NCBI GenBank assembly: GCA_041742355.1
Contig: JBGSIV010000087.1
Span: forward strand, 1-25,259
Reading direction: 5' to 3'
Origin: Candidatus Zixiibacteriota bacterium
GTDB taxonomy: Bacteria > Zixibacteria > MSB-5A5 > GN15 > FEB-12
Length of the DNA: 25,259 bases
Shown: one piece after another, positions 9,442 to 18,793 of the stretch
How positions within the stretch are numbered: the first letter of the stretch is position 1
How the letters are laid out: each line of letters opens with the position of its first letter
Translations under genes and position numbers: made by a program
The notes under the pieces: generated by a model
Told to the model about the DNA's origin: nothing
Databases searched by the model: none
What the model saw: only the letters and a program-made list of their open reading frames with translations

Positions 9442-10332
9442 CTACCCCACCTGTACCGGGGAGGACTGCGGGACCGCCGGTCGCTGCCCTGTACAGAACG
9501 CCCGCCACTGGCGATTGTCGATGTCCCGGATCACCATAATCGCGAGCGCTCCGGCGGTCAGGTACAGCAGGATTGCCCCGATGGCGATCCAGTTGCCGCG
9601 GATATACTGCTCCGGCGAATCGCCGAAGGTCGCCATGAAGGTCGAGACATTGGTCGCGAGGCAGGAGACGATCCACACCAGCCACCACGCGCCGACTATC
9701 CACGATGATTCTTTCTGCGCTCCATAGGCAAAACCGCCGGTCGACTGGCCGTGTTCGCTGCGTTCGAAAATCTCCTTCACCACTTCATACGGCTTCACGA
9801 GGTTGGCGAACGGAATGAACCACCAGCCGACGGCCCAGCCCGAGCTCGATTTCAACCCCGGGAGGCCGTTGATCTCGAGCATCCGGTAGGCGCGGTGCAT
9901 CCACATGAGGAAGAGCACGATGGTGGTGATCGCTGCCGCGGCGGTGAAGAACCCCAGCCCACCGGTGGCGATCAACCAACCCACCGCCTCGCTCGGGGCG
10001 TTGTCGCCGGCGGCGGGATTCAGGCCGTAGCGGCGCACCAGCGAGTTCTCCCAGAGCAGGAGGGGAACCGAGAGCAGATTGAGGAGCATCACGACGCCGA
10101 GGGCGTAGACAGTTGCGACCGCTCTTCCCCGGGCCGAGAAGGGCCGAGGGAGCATCCCGATGGGGTAGCTCTGGCCGCCGTAGCCCGGATGGTAGTTGCC
10201 GGTCGATTGCCAACCGGCCGGTTGACCGGGCGGCGGGAATCCTGACGGGTGCGTGGGCTGCTGCCCGGAGTATTCTGTCGGCGGTTGATTGGCCGGCGGC
10301 GCCCCGTGGGGCGGATAGTTCGGCTGGTTCAT
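9442..10332 (-). CDS. DUF4328-family membrane protein with Pro/Gln-rich N-terminus
   Basis: WMHRAY...S.GWAVGWWFIPFANLVKPYEVVKEI signature; several TM helices; purine-rich RBS (GGAGACAGGGGA). Confidence 0.85.
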   Translation of the reverse strand: MNQPNYPPHGAPPANQPPTEYSGQQPTHPSGFPPPGQPAGWQSTGNYHPGYGGQSYPIGMLPRPFSARGRAVATVYALGVVMLLNLLSVPLLLWENSLVRRYGLNPAAGDNAPSEAVGWLIATGGLGFFTAAAAITTIVLFLMWMHRAYRMLEINGLPGLKSSSGWAVGWWFIPFANLVKPYEVVKEIFERSEHGQSTGGFAYGAQKESSWIVGAWWLVWIVSCLATNVSTFMATFGDSPEQYIRGNWIAIGAILLYLTAGALAIMVIRDIDNRQWRAFCTGQRPAVPQSSPVQVG

Positions 10333-10516
10333 TCCCCTGTCTCCTTGGCTGATATCTGGGATCTCGTCTATTGTCCAGATTATCGGCTGTGGCGGACGGA
10401 GGTATGGAGGGGGGGTGCAGATTGCGCAAAAGTAAGGCAGGAGACAGTCAGAACGGGGATCTCGGATCGTCGATGGCAGACGAAAGTCCGGTTGTCCTCA
10501 GGGTATGAGCGGAGCC

Positions 10517-10939
10517 TCATCCCTCGATCGGCGTCGGGTTCTGGAGTTTCTTGACTGCGTGCGCGACCTTCATGTCCTCGCCGAGGATGTGCCCCACGAG
10601 CCACTTCTGGATGAAATGGACCAGTTCTTCGGCGGTGACCGCTTTCCCCGCCCGCAGTCGCTTGAGGTACCCGGTGAGGTGCGTGACAAAGTGGCGGTGC
10701 AGCTGGGTGTGGTGTTCGAGTTCCCGGTATTCGACCTGGGCCATCAGCGCCTCTTCCTCGCGGAAGTGGGTCTGGGTGTAGGCCACGAGCAGGCGCAGGG
10801 CGTCGGCGACCGTTTCATTTTCGGAACCGTCGGCGATGGCGCGTTCCAGGCGTTCGCCGAGGGCAAAGAGTTCACGGTGCTGTTCATCGAGCGTTTCGAC
10901 GCCCATGCGGTAGGCGTCTTTCCAGGCGAGCATGGTCAT
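10517..10939 (-). CDS. Bacteriohemerythrin (single-domain)
   Basis: W...Y..G...LDEQH, HFREEE.LM...Y...H...H and WL..HI...D form a complete di-iron ligand set. RBS GGGAG precedes ATG 10939. Confidence 0.92.
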   Translation of the reverse strand: MTMLAWKDAYRMGVETLDEQHRELFALGERLERAIADGSENETVADALRLLVAYTQTHFREEEALMAQVEYRELEHHTQLHRHFVTHLTGYLKRLRAGKAVTAEELVHFIQKWLVGHILGEDMKVAHAVKKLQNPTPIEG

Positions 10940-11074
10940 AGCTTCTCCCGGCTGCAAATTCGGGTGGTCGTTCGTATCGGGGATAGTATCGGCAGAGTGA
11001 GGCGAAGAATTGACCAGCGCATTGTGAGAGCCTGCGCAGAACGGGGCATTCAGCAGTGCACGCAGGTTTAGCGC

Positions 11075-11623
11075 TCAGGTCGTGTAGCTCGTCCCGTTGT
11101 TGTAGTCCAGAAACAAGTAAGGCCGCCACTGATCGGCGACCCCGTAGTTACGCTGGATGAACGTGATGTAACTCGGTCTGGTCGGTTTTCGGATCAGGCC
11201 CATTTCCGCCTGTTCCGGCGTCCGGTTCCCCTTCTTGTTGTTACAGCGGGCGCAGGCACAGACGAGGTTGGTCCAGGACTCGGAACCGCCCATCGTTTTG
11301 GGGACGATGTGGTCGACGGTCATTGGACCCTTGGTGGTGCCGCAGTATTGACACCGGCCGTCATCGCGCATGATCACGTTCTTGCGGGTGAGCATGATTC
11401 GTTTGGCCGGCACCTTTTTGTAGTACCAGAGCCGGACCACGCTCGGGAGCGAGTACGCTGTCGTGACCGTGCGGAGCTTGAGTCCGTCGGCCGATTCGAT
11501 CATCTCGGCTTTCCCCTCGAACATGAGCACGATCGCCCGCTTGGCCGAGCAAATCGAAATCGGCTCATAATTCTGGTTCAGGAGAAGAACCCGTCGGTTG
11601 ATCAGCGCTGCTGTCTGCATCAT
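11075..11623 (-). CDS. HNH endonuclease (McrA/COG1403-like, VLLLN.YEP subfamily)
   Basis: RD..RCQYCG...TVDHIVP...GG...W.NLV.AC..CNNKKGNRTP. RBS AAAGGA before ATG ATG (11623/11620). Confidence 0.92.
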   Translation of the reverse strand: MMQTAALINRRVLLLNQNYEPISICSAKRAIVLMFEGKAEMIESADGLKLRTVTTAYSLPSVVRLWYYKKVPAKRIMLTRKNVIMRDDGRCQYCGTTKGPMTVDHIVPKTMGGSESWTNLVCACARCNNKKGNRTPEQAEMGLIRKPTRPSYITFIQRNYGVADQWRPYLFLDYNNGTSYTT

Positions 11624-11743
11624 TGTCCTTTTACGTCGGGACACCCGCCAAGGGTCCATTGGGCGGACGTCGTATATTGCCTCCCCGAATCCTATTTCCG
11701 ACGCCGTCCGCCCCGTGGGTACGCCAGGGCATGACATTGGAGA

Positions 11744-11771
11744 AATTTAGGCATGCTGCCATTTTAGTCAA
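11744..11771 (-). promoter_or_regulatory. Possible sigma-70 promoter of the HNH gene
   Basis: Minus strand TTGACT-N16-TAAATT, about 120 nt upstream of the start codon. Confidence 0.45.
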
Positions 11772-11863
11772 CACCTTTTTGCGGCGTGGAGTTTCATGGG
11801 CGAATTTGGGAGAAGCAAACGGGGCGAACGACAGGCGTCAAAACAGAGAAGATTCTGCCCGCT

Positions 11864-13318
11864 TCAGTAACCGGCGCGCAGCTGAATCGAGGCGGAGAAA
11901 CCGCCCCATGCGCTACCACCATCACCACCGTCTCCACCGTCATTGCCGCCGGTTCCCGAGCCGCCCGAAGCACCGCCGCTCTCCCGATCCCGAACGGCAA
12001 TTGGAAGCCACTGTGAGACCGACAGGATGAGCGCCACCGAACCCAGGCGCAATGTCGGCGACAGCCGCAGCTGCACCAGATCAGCTCTATTGAGATCCAG
12101 TGCGTCGGCGCGCAGATCGGAAGCCCCGAGCCCCATGAGCGCCGGTCGCCAGGTTTTCCATCTAACATCCGGCTCGATGCGGAGCAACCGAAGGCCACCA
12201 CGGCAGTCGAGGCGGTCACCACCGAGCAACAGGCCGTCGACAGCCACCGTCTTCCACGACACCGAAGCCTCACTCACGATGTGCCGCCGCTCTCCCAGCA
12301 GACCAAGTAACCCGTCGACGAACGGCTTGATTTCGACATCGCCCATGAGTGCTCCGGTCCCTGAGCCCGCCTGACCATCAATTGACCACTGCCGATAACG
12401 AATTCCGAAGGACCGCGATTCGGCCTCCGCCTGCACGACACCGAAGTAGGCGAACATCATGCCGGCATCGTAGCCGATCACACGGGCGCTGAGTCGGAGT
12501 CGCCGGTATCCGGCCGAGGCAGTGAGGCGATCATTGAGTTGGTACTCGACGCCGACCGTGCCGTCGCAGTACACGCCCTCGAGCGTGGCGCGGTAGAGGC
12601 CCGCCGGGTCCCCACCTTCCCGCGGCGCTGTCGGCGTCAGATCGGCGTCGCGAACGGTCGAATGCAGGCGCAGGCGATCGGTCGGCGCCACCGCGAGCTC
12701 CACCGTCGTCATCCATACCGGCATCGACCAGTGCAGGTCTCCCCCGACGCGCGATCGGACCCCATCGTCATCAAATTCATAGAAGAGCCGGCAGACGGCG
12801 GGCTCCGGGTGGTACTGGCCCCGGTGCAGGCTCATCGCCAGGGCGTCGATGGGACGGACGGTCGTGCCGATAACCCAGCCGGTTGCCCGATCATTCTGAT
12901 AACGGCAGATCATGTCGGCATCGACGGCTCCGTCGCCGAACCCGGCCTGGAATCCAATTGTTGTCGCCGGGTCGAAGAGCCTCACCTGCCCGGCGAAGAG
13001 CTCGCTGGAACCGGCCCGGTCAGCCATCGACAGCCCCTCGGGATCGGAGAACTTCAGGTCGCCGGTGGCGTGATCGTGCGTCAGCCGGAGATGCCAGTCG
13101 AGTCCCAGCGCATCAGCCGATAGCGCGACTGTAGTTGGGGAGGCGTTGATTAACCACCGGTCGCCCGGTCCGTCTGAAAACACGACTGTCGAGCGGTACC
13201 CCGAACTCACGCTATCGACATGCACCGCCCCGGTCGCCGATCCGGCCACCAGCGCCGCCACAATGAGCGGAGACACCCGGACGAGCGCCGGGTGTCTCTG
13301 TGCCACGTGTGTGAACAT
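11864..13318 (-). CDS. Hypothetical outer-membrane beta-barrel protein
   Basis: Signal peptide, many alternating amphipathic strands, terminal SASIQLRAGY beta-signal, and a Gly-rich loop before the last strand. Confidence 0.7.
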   Translation of the reverse strand: MFTHVAQRHPALVRVSPLIVAALVAGSATGAVHVDSVSSGYRSTVVFSDGPGDRWLINASPTTVALSADALGLDWHLRLTHDHATGDLKFSDPEGLSMADRAGSSELFAGQVRLFDPATTIGFQAGFGDGAVDADMICRYQNDRATGWVIGTTVRPIDALAMSLHRGQYHPEPAVCRLFYEFDDDGVRSRVGGDLHWSMPVWMTTVELAVAPTDRLRLHSTVRDADLTPTAPREGGDPAGLYRATLEGVYCDGTVGVEYQLNDRLTASAGYRRLRLSARVIGYDAGMMFAYFGVVQAEAESRSFGIRYRQWSIDGQAGSGTGALMGDVEIKPFVDGLLGLLGERRHIVSEASVSWKTVAVDGLLLGGDRLDCRGGLRLLRIEPDVRWKTWRPALMGLGASDLRADALDLNRADLVQLRLSPTLRLGSVALILSVSQWLPIAVRDRESGGASGGSGTGGNDGGDGGDGGSAWGGFSASIQLRAGY

Positions 13319-13339
13319 GTCTATATCGCTCCCGCCATC

Positions 13340-15061
13340 CTACCAGATATCGATATTGATCGTCTGGCAGTCGGAGGGGTACCACTCGAGTTGCATATCG
13401 TCCGACCAGATTTCTTTGAGTCGGTCTGACGTCATCCCGGGGAACAGCCCGTTCATCGTCGGATTCGGGAATTCCCAAGTCTCAAAGGCGGCGGCTGACC
13501 AGTCGTAGCAGACTTCGAGAGAGGTGACTGCTTCATACAGCTCCTCGTAGTACCACTGGTTTTCCGACCAGAAGCACCGGATGTCATCGGGATACTGATA
13601 GCGCGGGTAGTTGCAGAGGTCATACAAGTTGTACCACCCCAACATAGCCTGGCGCTCTTCGGCCAGGAACCGGTAGAACTCGTCGGAATCGGTATCCGGC
13701 ATGTGGACAGCGAAAAACGGCGTGTCGATCGTCCTGTCGAAGTAGCGGTCCAGGTTGTCCCAGTACCGCATGCGGTTGAAGTTGAGATCGGCGAAATCCT
13801 GGTGTGTCTGCTCGGCCGGCGTCACGGTAATGGTGTAGTTCGGTATGAAATCCTTGAAGTTGGCGATGGGCGCGTCGAAGAACTTGTTGATGTCGACGGT
13901 CACCGCCACCGTGTCGAAGATTTCGTCGCAATACGACCACCCGTCCACTTCATAGCAGTCCCAGTCGCTCCAGATGATATCGAGCTCCCGGGGACCGTCA
14001 AAATACCAGAGGATCGAATCGGCGGCGTCATAGACATCGTTCAGTGCACTGAGGTCATTACTATAGACCTTTATCAGATCGTACATCTGGCTGGTTCCCA
14101 CCTCCAATTTGAGGTAGTCCACTGCCTGCTTCACCGCTTCAAGGCAGCCCAAGACCCGCGTCTTGGCTGCGGTCATGTGACCGGTTCCGACGCCGCTGCC
14201 CTTTAAGCTGCCGAAGCTCGAGTCTTTGCGGAGCGCTTTGGTGATCCCGTCGGTCGTGTACGAGTCCACGTCGAAATTCCGCGCCAGGAAGACGTGCAAC
14301 CCGGCCTCCGCACCTTGCACCAAGGCGAGAAATACCTGGAAATCCGAACGATCCAGCACGATTTGGCTGGCTCCATCATTGCCCTGCATCTCGGGAGTTA
14401 TGACGAACGTGTAGTTCGGGTCTTCCAGCAGATCCTCAAGATGCTGGCGTGCCTCGACAAGACTGGGGAGGAGAACTGCGTCGATGCGCTGCTGGATTTC
14501 GGAAATGTTCGGATCGGCAAGCGCCATCCCGACCATAGCCTGATCGAGCGCCAGGGGTGATGGGATCAAGTCCCGGAACCGCCCCGCCTTGAGCGGAATC
14601 CCCTCGACAAGTGGCTTGCCGCCGAGGTCCGGCACCGGCGCGACCCCGCCCGGTCGCAGCGGGTTGAACTCGAGGGTGTCGTACAGGTGTTTGTAATCCT
14701 CGACGAGGTCGTTGAAGTCGTCGTCCACGAGGAACATCAGGATGCCGGTGAAAGCAACACCGAACTTGGCGTTCTTACATCCGGCATCGTATCCCAGCGC
14801 TTCCTGGTACTTGGCGTGGACCTGGCTGAAGTCAATGTCGTCCGGCCGAAATGACGAATCGGCATCATCGATAATCGGATCGACCACGGAGGTCATCAGA
14901 GTAGCCAGAGACTCGCCGGCCTCGGCAGCGACTTCTTCCGCCTTTAAGGAATCCGGCGGCGGGGGCTTTGTCCCGCCGTCGTCGCTGCAGCCGATCTGAA
15001 GCAGCACCAGCCCAGCGAGGCATGTGAACAGCAATCTGATTGTCCCTGAGAGAGTGAACAT
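13340..15061 (-). CDS. Hypothetical lipoprotein (573 aa), acidic/aromatic-rich C-terminal half
   Basis: RBS AGGAGG; LLQIG-C lipobox followed by an SDDGGTKPPPP linker; strong coding-like codon usage. Confidence 0.85.
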   Translation of the reverse strand: MFTLSGTIRLLFTCLAGLVLLQIGCSDDGGTKPPPPDSLKAEEVAAEAGESLATLMTSVVDPIIDDADSSFRPDDIDFSQVHAKYQEALGYDAGCKNAKFGVAFTGILMFLVDDDFNDLVEDYKHLYDTLEFNPLRPGGVAPVPDLGGKPLVEGIPLKAGRFRDLIPSPLALDQAMVGMALADPNISEIQQRIDAVLLPSLVEARQHLEDLLEDPNYTFVITPEMQGNDGASQIVLDRSDFQVFLALVQGAEAGLHVFLARNFDVDSYTTDGITKALRKDSSFGSLKGSGVGTGHMTAAKTRVLGCLEAVKQAVDYLKLEVGTSQMYDLIKVYSNDLSALNDVYDAADSILWYFDGPRELDIIWSDWDCYEVDGWSYCDEIFDTVAVTVDINKFFDAPIANFKDFIPNYTITVTPAEQTHQDFADLNFNRMRYWDNLDRYFDRTIDTPFFAVHMPDTDSDEFYRFLAEERQAMLGWYNLYDLCNYPRYQYPDDIRCFWSENQWYYEELYEAVTSLEVCYDWSAAAFETWEFPNPTMNGLFPGMTSDRLKEIWSDDMQLEWYPSDCQTINIDIW

Positions 15062-15150
15062 GATTCCTCCTGTGTGAGAGTCGTTAGTTGGAAATACCGG
15101 CCTGTCCGCACAAGCCTATGTACCCTGTGTTACGCGTTCTGCTTCTTGAG

Positions 15151-15179
15151 AGGATAGCACTGAGAACGCGGGCAGTCAA
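15151..15179 (-). promoter_or_regulatory. sigma-70 promoter with extended -10
   Basis: Minus strand TTGACT-N17-TATCCT with TGn immediately before the -10. It lies downstream of the upstream gene's terminator. Confidence 0.6.
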
Positions 15180-15220
15180 GCGGAAGTGGCCCAGAATGTC
15201 CACGAAATTTGACAAACATG

Positions 15221-15248
15221 AAAAAAGCCCCGCCGTGCGGCGGGGCTT
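15221..15248 (-). terminator. Intrinsic terminator of the NtrC-family gene
   Basis: Minus strand AAGCCCCGCCG-CA-CGGCGGGGCTTTTTT. Confidence 0.9.
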
Positions 15249-15330
15249 CATGTTCCCCTCTGATTCGTCGGTGCGGGCCTGCGTTGCATGCTCAATCCCG
15301 GTGTATGCTCACGCCCGCCGCGCCTCGGAC

Positions 15331-16707
15331 CTACTGTTCCGAGAGCGCGTTCTCGATGTCGTACTTCTTGATTTTGTCGAACAAGGTCGTGTAGTCGATC
15401 TGCAGGATTTTGGCCGCCTTGCGTTTGTTCCCGCGCACCTCGCGCAGGATGCGCAGGATCACCCCACGTTCCGCCTGCATGAGGGCGTGTTGCCCGATCT
15501 CTTTGAGCCCCGCGCCGTCGCGCAGGTGGATCTCATCGGAGCGGCGAATCCGGATCGCGAGGTGGTCCGGCGTGATCTTCTTTCCCTCGGCGAGGATCAC
15601 GGCGCGCTCCATCGTATTCTCGAGTTCGCGGACATTCCCCGGCCAGTGGTACTTCGCGAGGAGATCGGCCGCCGGGACGGTCAGGGATTTGAGCGGCTTG
15701 CGCATCTCGCGGCAGTATTTGTCGATGAAGAAGTCGGCCAGCAAGCCTATGTCGTCGTTGCGCTCGCGCAGCGGCGGTATGGTGAGCGGGAACACCGACA
15801 ACCGGTAGTACAGATCCTCGCGGAACCGTTTGGCTTTGATCAGTTCGCCCAGATCCATGTTGCTGGCGGCGATCACGCGCACGTCGACCTCGATCGGCTT
15901 GGTCCCGCCGAGGCGCTCGAAGTTCTTCTGCTGGAGGACGCGCAGGAGTTTCGCCTGGAGGGCTATGTCCATATCGCCGATTTCGTCGAGGAAGATTGTC
16001 CCGGTGTTGGCGATCTCGAATTTTCCCATTTTGCGGACGTGGGCTCCGGTGAAGGCCCCTTTTTCGGAGCCGAACAGCTCGTTCTCGAGCAGTTCGCGCG
16101 GGATCGCGGCGCAGTTGATCGTGATGTACGGCCCGTTCTTGCGGGGCGAGAGGCCGTGGATCGCCCGGGCGAACAGCTCCTTGCCGGTGCCCGATTCCCC
16201 CTGGAGGAGGACGGAGGCATCGGAGCCCGCCACTTTCTGGACGAGGCCGCAGACTTCGGCCATCTTGTGGTTTTTCCCGATGATGTTGGCGAATTCCTTG
16301 CCGCTCATCGCTTCCTGGCGAAGCAGCGTGTTTTCGGCCACAAGGCGGCGATTCTCCAGGGCGCGGTTGATCAGCACGCACAGGTGTTCGGTGTCGAACG
16401 GCTTGGTGATGAAATCGTAGGCTCCGGCTTTCATCGCCGCCACGGCGTCCTCGATCGTTCCGTACGCGGTCATGACGATCACCGCCGTTTCGGAGTCGAC
16501 CTCTTTGACCTGGGTGAGGACGTCCAGCCCACTGATGTCGGGCATCTTCAGGTCGGTCAGGACGAGGTCGTACGACTTGTTGCGCACCAGTTCGACGGCG
16601 CTGCGGCCGTCGAGCGCGGCATCGACCCGATGGCCTTCGTCGGTCAGGGTTTCCGCGAGCATGTTGCGCATCGCATCTTTGTCGTCGACGACGAGGATAT
16701 TCGGCAT
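15331..16707 (-). CDS. Sigma-54-dependent response regulator, NtrC/AtoC family (REC-AAA+-Fis HTH)
   Basis: ILVVDD...DLKMPDISG receiver; GESGTGKE Walker A; GAFTGA; IFLDEIG; FREDLYYRL; WPGNVRELEN; C-terminal HTH. Confidence 0.95.
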   Translation of the reverse strand: MPNILVVDDKDAMRNMLAETLTDEGHRVDAALDGRSAVELVRNKSYDLVLTDLKMPDISGLDVLTQVKEVDSETAVIVMTAYGTIEDAVAAMKAGAYDFITKPFDTEHLCVLINRALENRRLVAENTLLRQEAMSGKEFANIIGKNHKMAEVCGLVQKVAGSDASVLLQGESGTGKELFARAIHGLSPRKNGPYITINCAAIPRELLENELFGSEKGAFTGAHVRKMGKFEIANTGTIFLDEIGDMDIALQAKLLRVLQQKNFERLGGTKPIEVDVRVIAASNMDLGELIKAKRFREDLYYRLSVFPLTIPPLRERNDDIGLLADFFIDKYCREMRKPLKSLTVPAADLLAKYHWPGNVRELENTMERAVILAEGKKITPDHLAIRIRRSDEIHLRDGAGLKEIGQHALMQAERGVILRILREVRGNKRKAAKILQIDYTTLFDKIKKYDIENALSEQ

Positions 16708-17109
16708 ACTGTTTCCCTGTAGGTGTTGTGGCCCACCAATCCTGTGGCCCACCGCTTATGGTGGGAACCGCGCTAACCGCGGGGCCTCTTCCTGTATACC
16801 GGATATATCGGACGTTCCCCATAGTACTCCACCCATCCGGCAGCAATTTCCTGGTAGACCGGGGCAAAGGTGCCGGACGGGATGCGGTGGGCACGACGCT
16901 GTTCAAATTTGAAACGCCGCCTCCTCCTGGTTCTGGCGGCGGCGGGTTCCGCAACTAATGCTTGCGCACGGACCTTCCCGGTCAGTATCTTGGGTCCGTT
17001 GCGCGCCGGTCGGGGCCGGTGCTTTCTCCAGTGGGTATCCTCTCCCTGCAAGCGGACTGACAGACGAACCTGAACCTCTGACCTGTTACACGTAAGGAGT
17101 TTTCAAGCT

Positions 17110-17619
17110 ATGAAGACACGCTTGTTGCTGATGGGGCTCATGTGTACTGTGGCGCTCCTGGGCGCTCCCTCCGTATTCGCGCAGAGCAACACGACCGGCT
17201 GGGGGCCGCACTTCGGCGTCACGGTCGATCCCGACCAGGTTCATGTAGGCATGCACCTGCATTTCGGAACAAGGGGTGAAGGGGTCCGCTTTCAGCCCAA
17301 TTTTGACATCGGTTTTGGCGACGACATCACGCTGATCGCGATCAATTTCGACGTCGTCTACCGCTTCCGCGGCGGCCGCTCCGACTGGGCGCCGTTTCTC
17401 GGCGGCGGCCTCGGCGCCAATTTCTATGATTGGGACGACGATCGGTTTGACCGCTTTGACGGCGACGATTTCGACGACGAGGATGTCGAACCGGGCTTCA
17501 ACATCGTTGGCGGTGTCGACCATGGTGTCGGCGGCGGCAACCGGTTTTATATCGAGGGGAAGATCGGCCTGATCGACGCCCCCGATCTGAAGCTCACGGT
17601 GGGCTGGACGCTCTTTTAG
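17110..17619 (+). CDS. Small outer-membrane beta-barrel protein (OmpA/OmpW-like), paralog 1
   Basis: RBS TAAGGAG, signal peptide ending VFA, PFLGGGLG motif, terminal LKLTVGWTLF. Confidence 0.85.
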   Translation: MKTRLLLMGLMCTVALLGAPSVFAQSNTTGWGPHFGVTVDPDQVHVGMHLHFGTRGEGVRFQPNFDIGFGDDITLIAINFDVVYRFRGGRSDWAPFLGGGLGANFYDWDDDRFDRFDGDDFDDEDVEPGFNIVGGVDHGVGGGNRFYIEGKIGLIDAPDLKLTVGWTLF

Positions 17620-17634
17620 GCTAGTAGAATGACA

Positions 17635-17663
17635 GCGGCGCCGGACATAGTGTCTGGCGCCGC
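17635..17663. terminator. Hairpin between convergent genes
   Basis: GCGGCGCCGGACA-TAG-TGTCTGGCGCCGC (13-bp stem, one G-U); no clear U tract. Confidence 0.5.
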
Positions 17664-17704
17664 CATCCGGGGAAGAGGTCCTTCGTTTTAGTCCTTCTTC
17701 GCGA

Positions 17705-18793
17705 TCAGTTCCACGGATCGAAAGCGTCCTCCGCACCTGCCTGGACATACTTCAGCCCCATTGGCATGTGCTGGTAGCGGTACATGAGTTGTGCGCTCGT
17801 GGCTTCCTCCCAGCCGGCCGTTATCGATATCCCCTGATCAGCATAACCGGGGCCGAACATGTGGCAGAGATGGCCGAACGGGTCGAGTGAATCCGGCTCG
17901 GTCTGTTCTGCGGGCGTCATCTGCTGATACCGCAGCACGAATTGCTCGCGGGACTGGCCCGTCCCGACCACGCACCCAAGGCCGTTCCCGTCGGCAAAGT
18001 CGTCGGCATACCACGTCATGCGGTAGAAGAACCCGCCGCCTTCGGTCGACGCAACCTGGTAGGCCCACATGGCGCACTGCTGCTCGGTATTATTGTAAGC
18101 ACGGAAATGGACGGCGCGGACCTGCACTGAATCGCGTTCGTGGTTGCGGTACGCGTACAGCAGGCTGTATTCGTAGGCGTTGGGGTTCGCCGCGTCGGGC
18201 GCCGGGTATTCCTGATAGGCAAGGAGGACATCGCAGGTGTCGTCCTGTCGTACGCCGGCCGAGATCCTGGACTGTGTCTGCTCTCCGATCTGAATCTGAA
18301 TCCTGTGCTGCAGTTGCAGGGCGGTGTCACCGAGAACCGCGCGCAACATCACCGGTATGTCCGTCTCTCCCTGGAGCCGGGTGACGGTCATAGTCCCGTT
18401 GCATTCTCCCTGCGAAGTCTGGACACCGTCAACCGTGGTGTCACCGAGGGCACGGACGCGGTGCATCCACTGCACGCAATCCCCGAGACGGTGCTGGTTG
18501 CGGTGCAGCGCCATCGGCTCGGTTTCGCCGAAGACCTTTCCGAGGAGCGGGTTGTTCTCGCCAGCCCAGTACCCGTAGCTCGTGTCCGCGGCGATCTTGC
18601 CGAACGGGCTCACGCCGACCGGAACATCGAACGCCGGCGGGACGATCGAATCGATGAGCTGGTCGAAGACGGCGAGCGAAACAACGACATCGTCGGTTGT
18701 CGACGTGGATCGGTCATCGCCGCAACCGGCCATGACCAGGACGGCCGCGGCAACGAGAACCAGCGGCCCGCGAACGAACAAATCTCTCTTCAT
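17705..18793 (-). CDS. Hypothetical lipoprotein
   Basis: RBS AAGGAGG; LVMAG-C lipobox followed by a GDDRSTSTT linker. Confidence 0.82.
   Translation of the reverse strand: MKRDLFVRGPLVLVAAAVLVMAGCGDDRSTSTTDDVVVSLAVFDQLIDSIVPPAFDVPVGVSPFGKIAADTSYGYWAGENNPLLGKVFGETEPMALHRNQHRLGDCVQWMHRVRALGDTTVDGVQTSQGECNGTMTVTRLQGETDIPVMLRAVLGDTALQLQHRIQIQIGEQTQSRISAGVRQDDTCDVLLAYQEYPAPDAANPNAYEYSLLYAYRNHERDSVQVRAVHFRAYNNTEQQCAMWAYQVASTEGGGFFYRMTWYADDFADGNGLGCVVGTGQSREQFVLRYQQMTPAEQTEPDSLDPFGHLCHMFGPGYADQGISITAGWEEATSAQLMYRYQHMPMGLKYVQAGAEDAFDPWN

Noticed and set aside
11075..11760. IscB/HEARO (OMEGA) system
   Set aside because: The protein is only about 182 aa with a lone HNH domain, with no PLMP or split RuvC motifs and no IS200/605-type ends.
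15088..16954. Long ORFs 15088-16722(+) and 15533-16954(-)
   Set aside because: Antisense and alternate-frame shadows of the clearly identifiable NtrC-family gene, typical of GC-rich DNA.
16773..17051. 92-aa minus-strand ORF in the intergenic region
   Set aside because: Arg/Pro-rich with a TTG start, no clear RBS and no recognisable motif.
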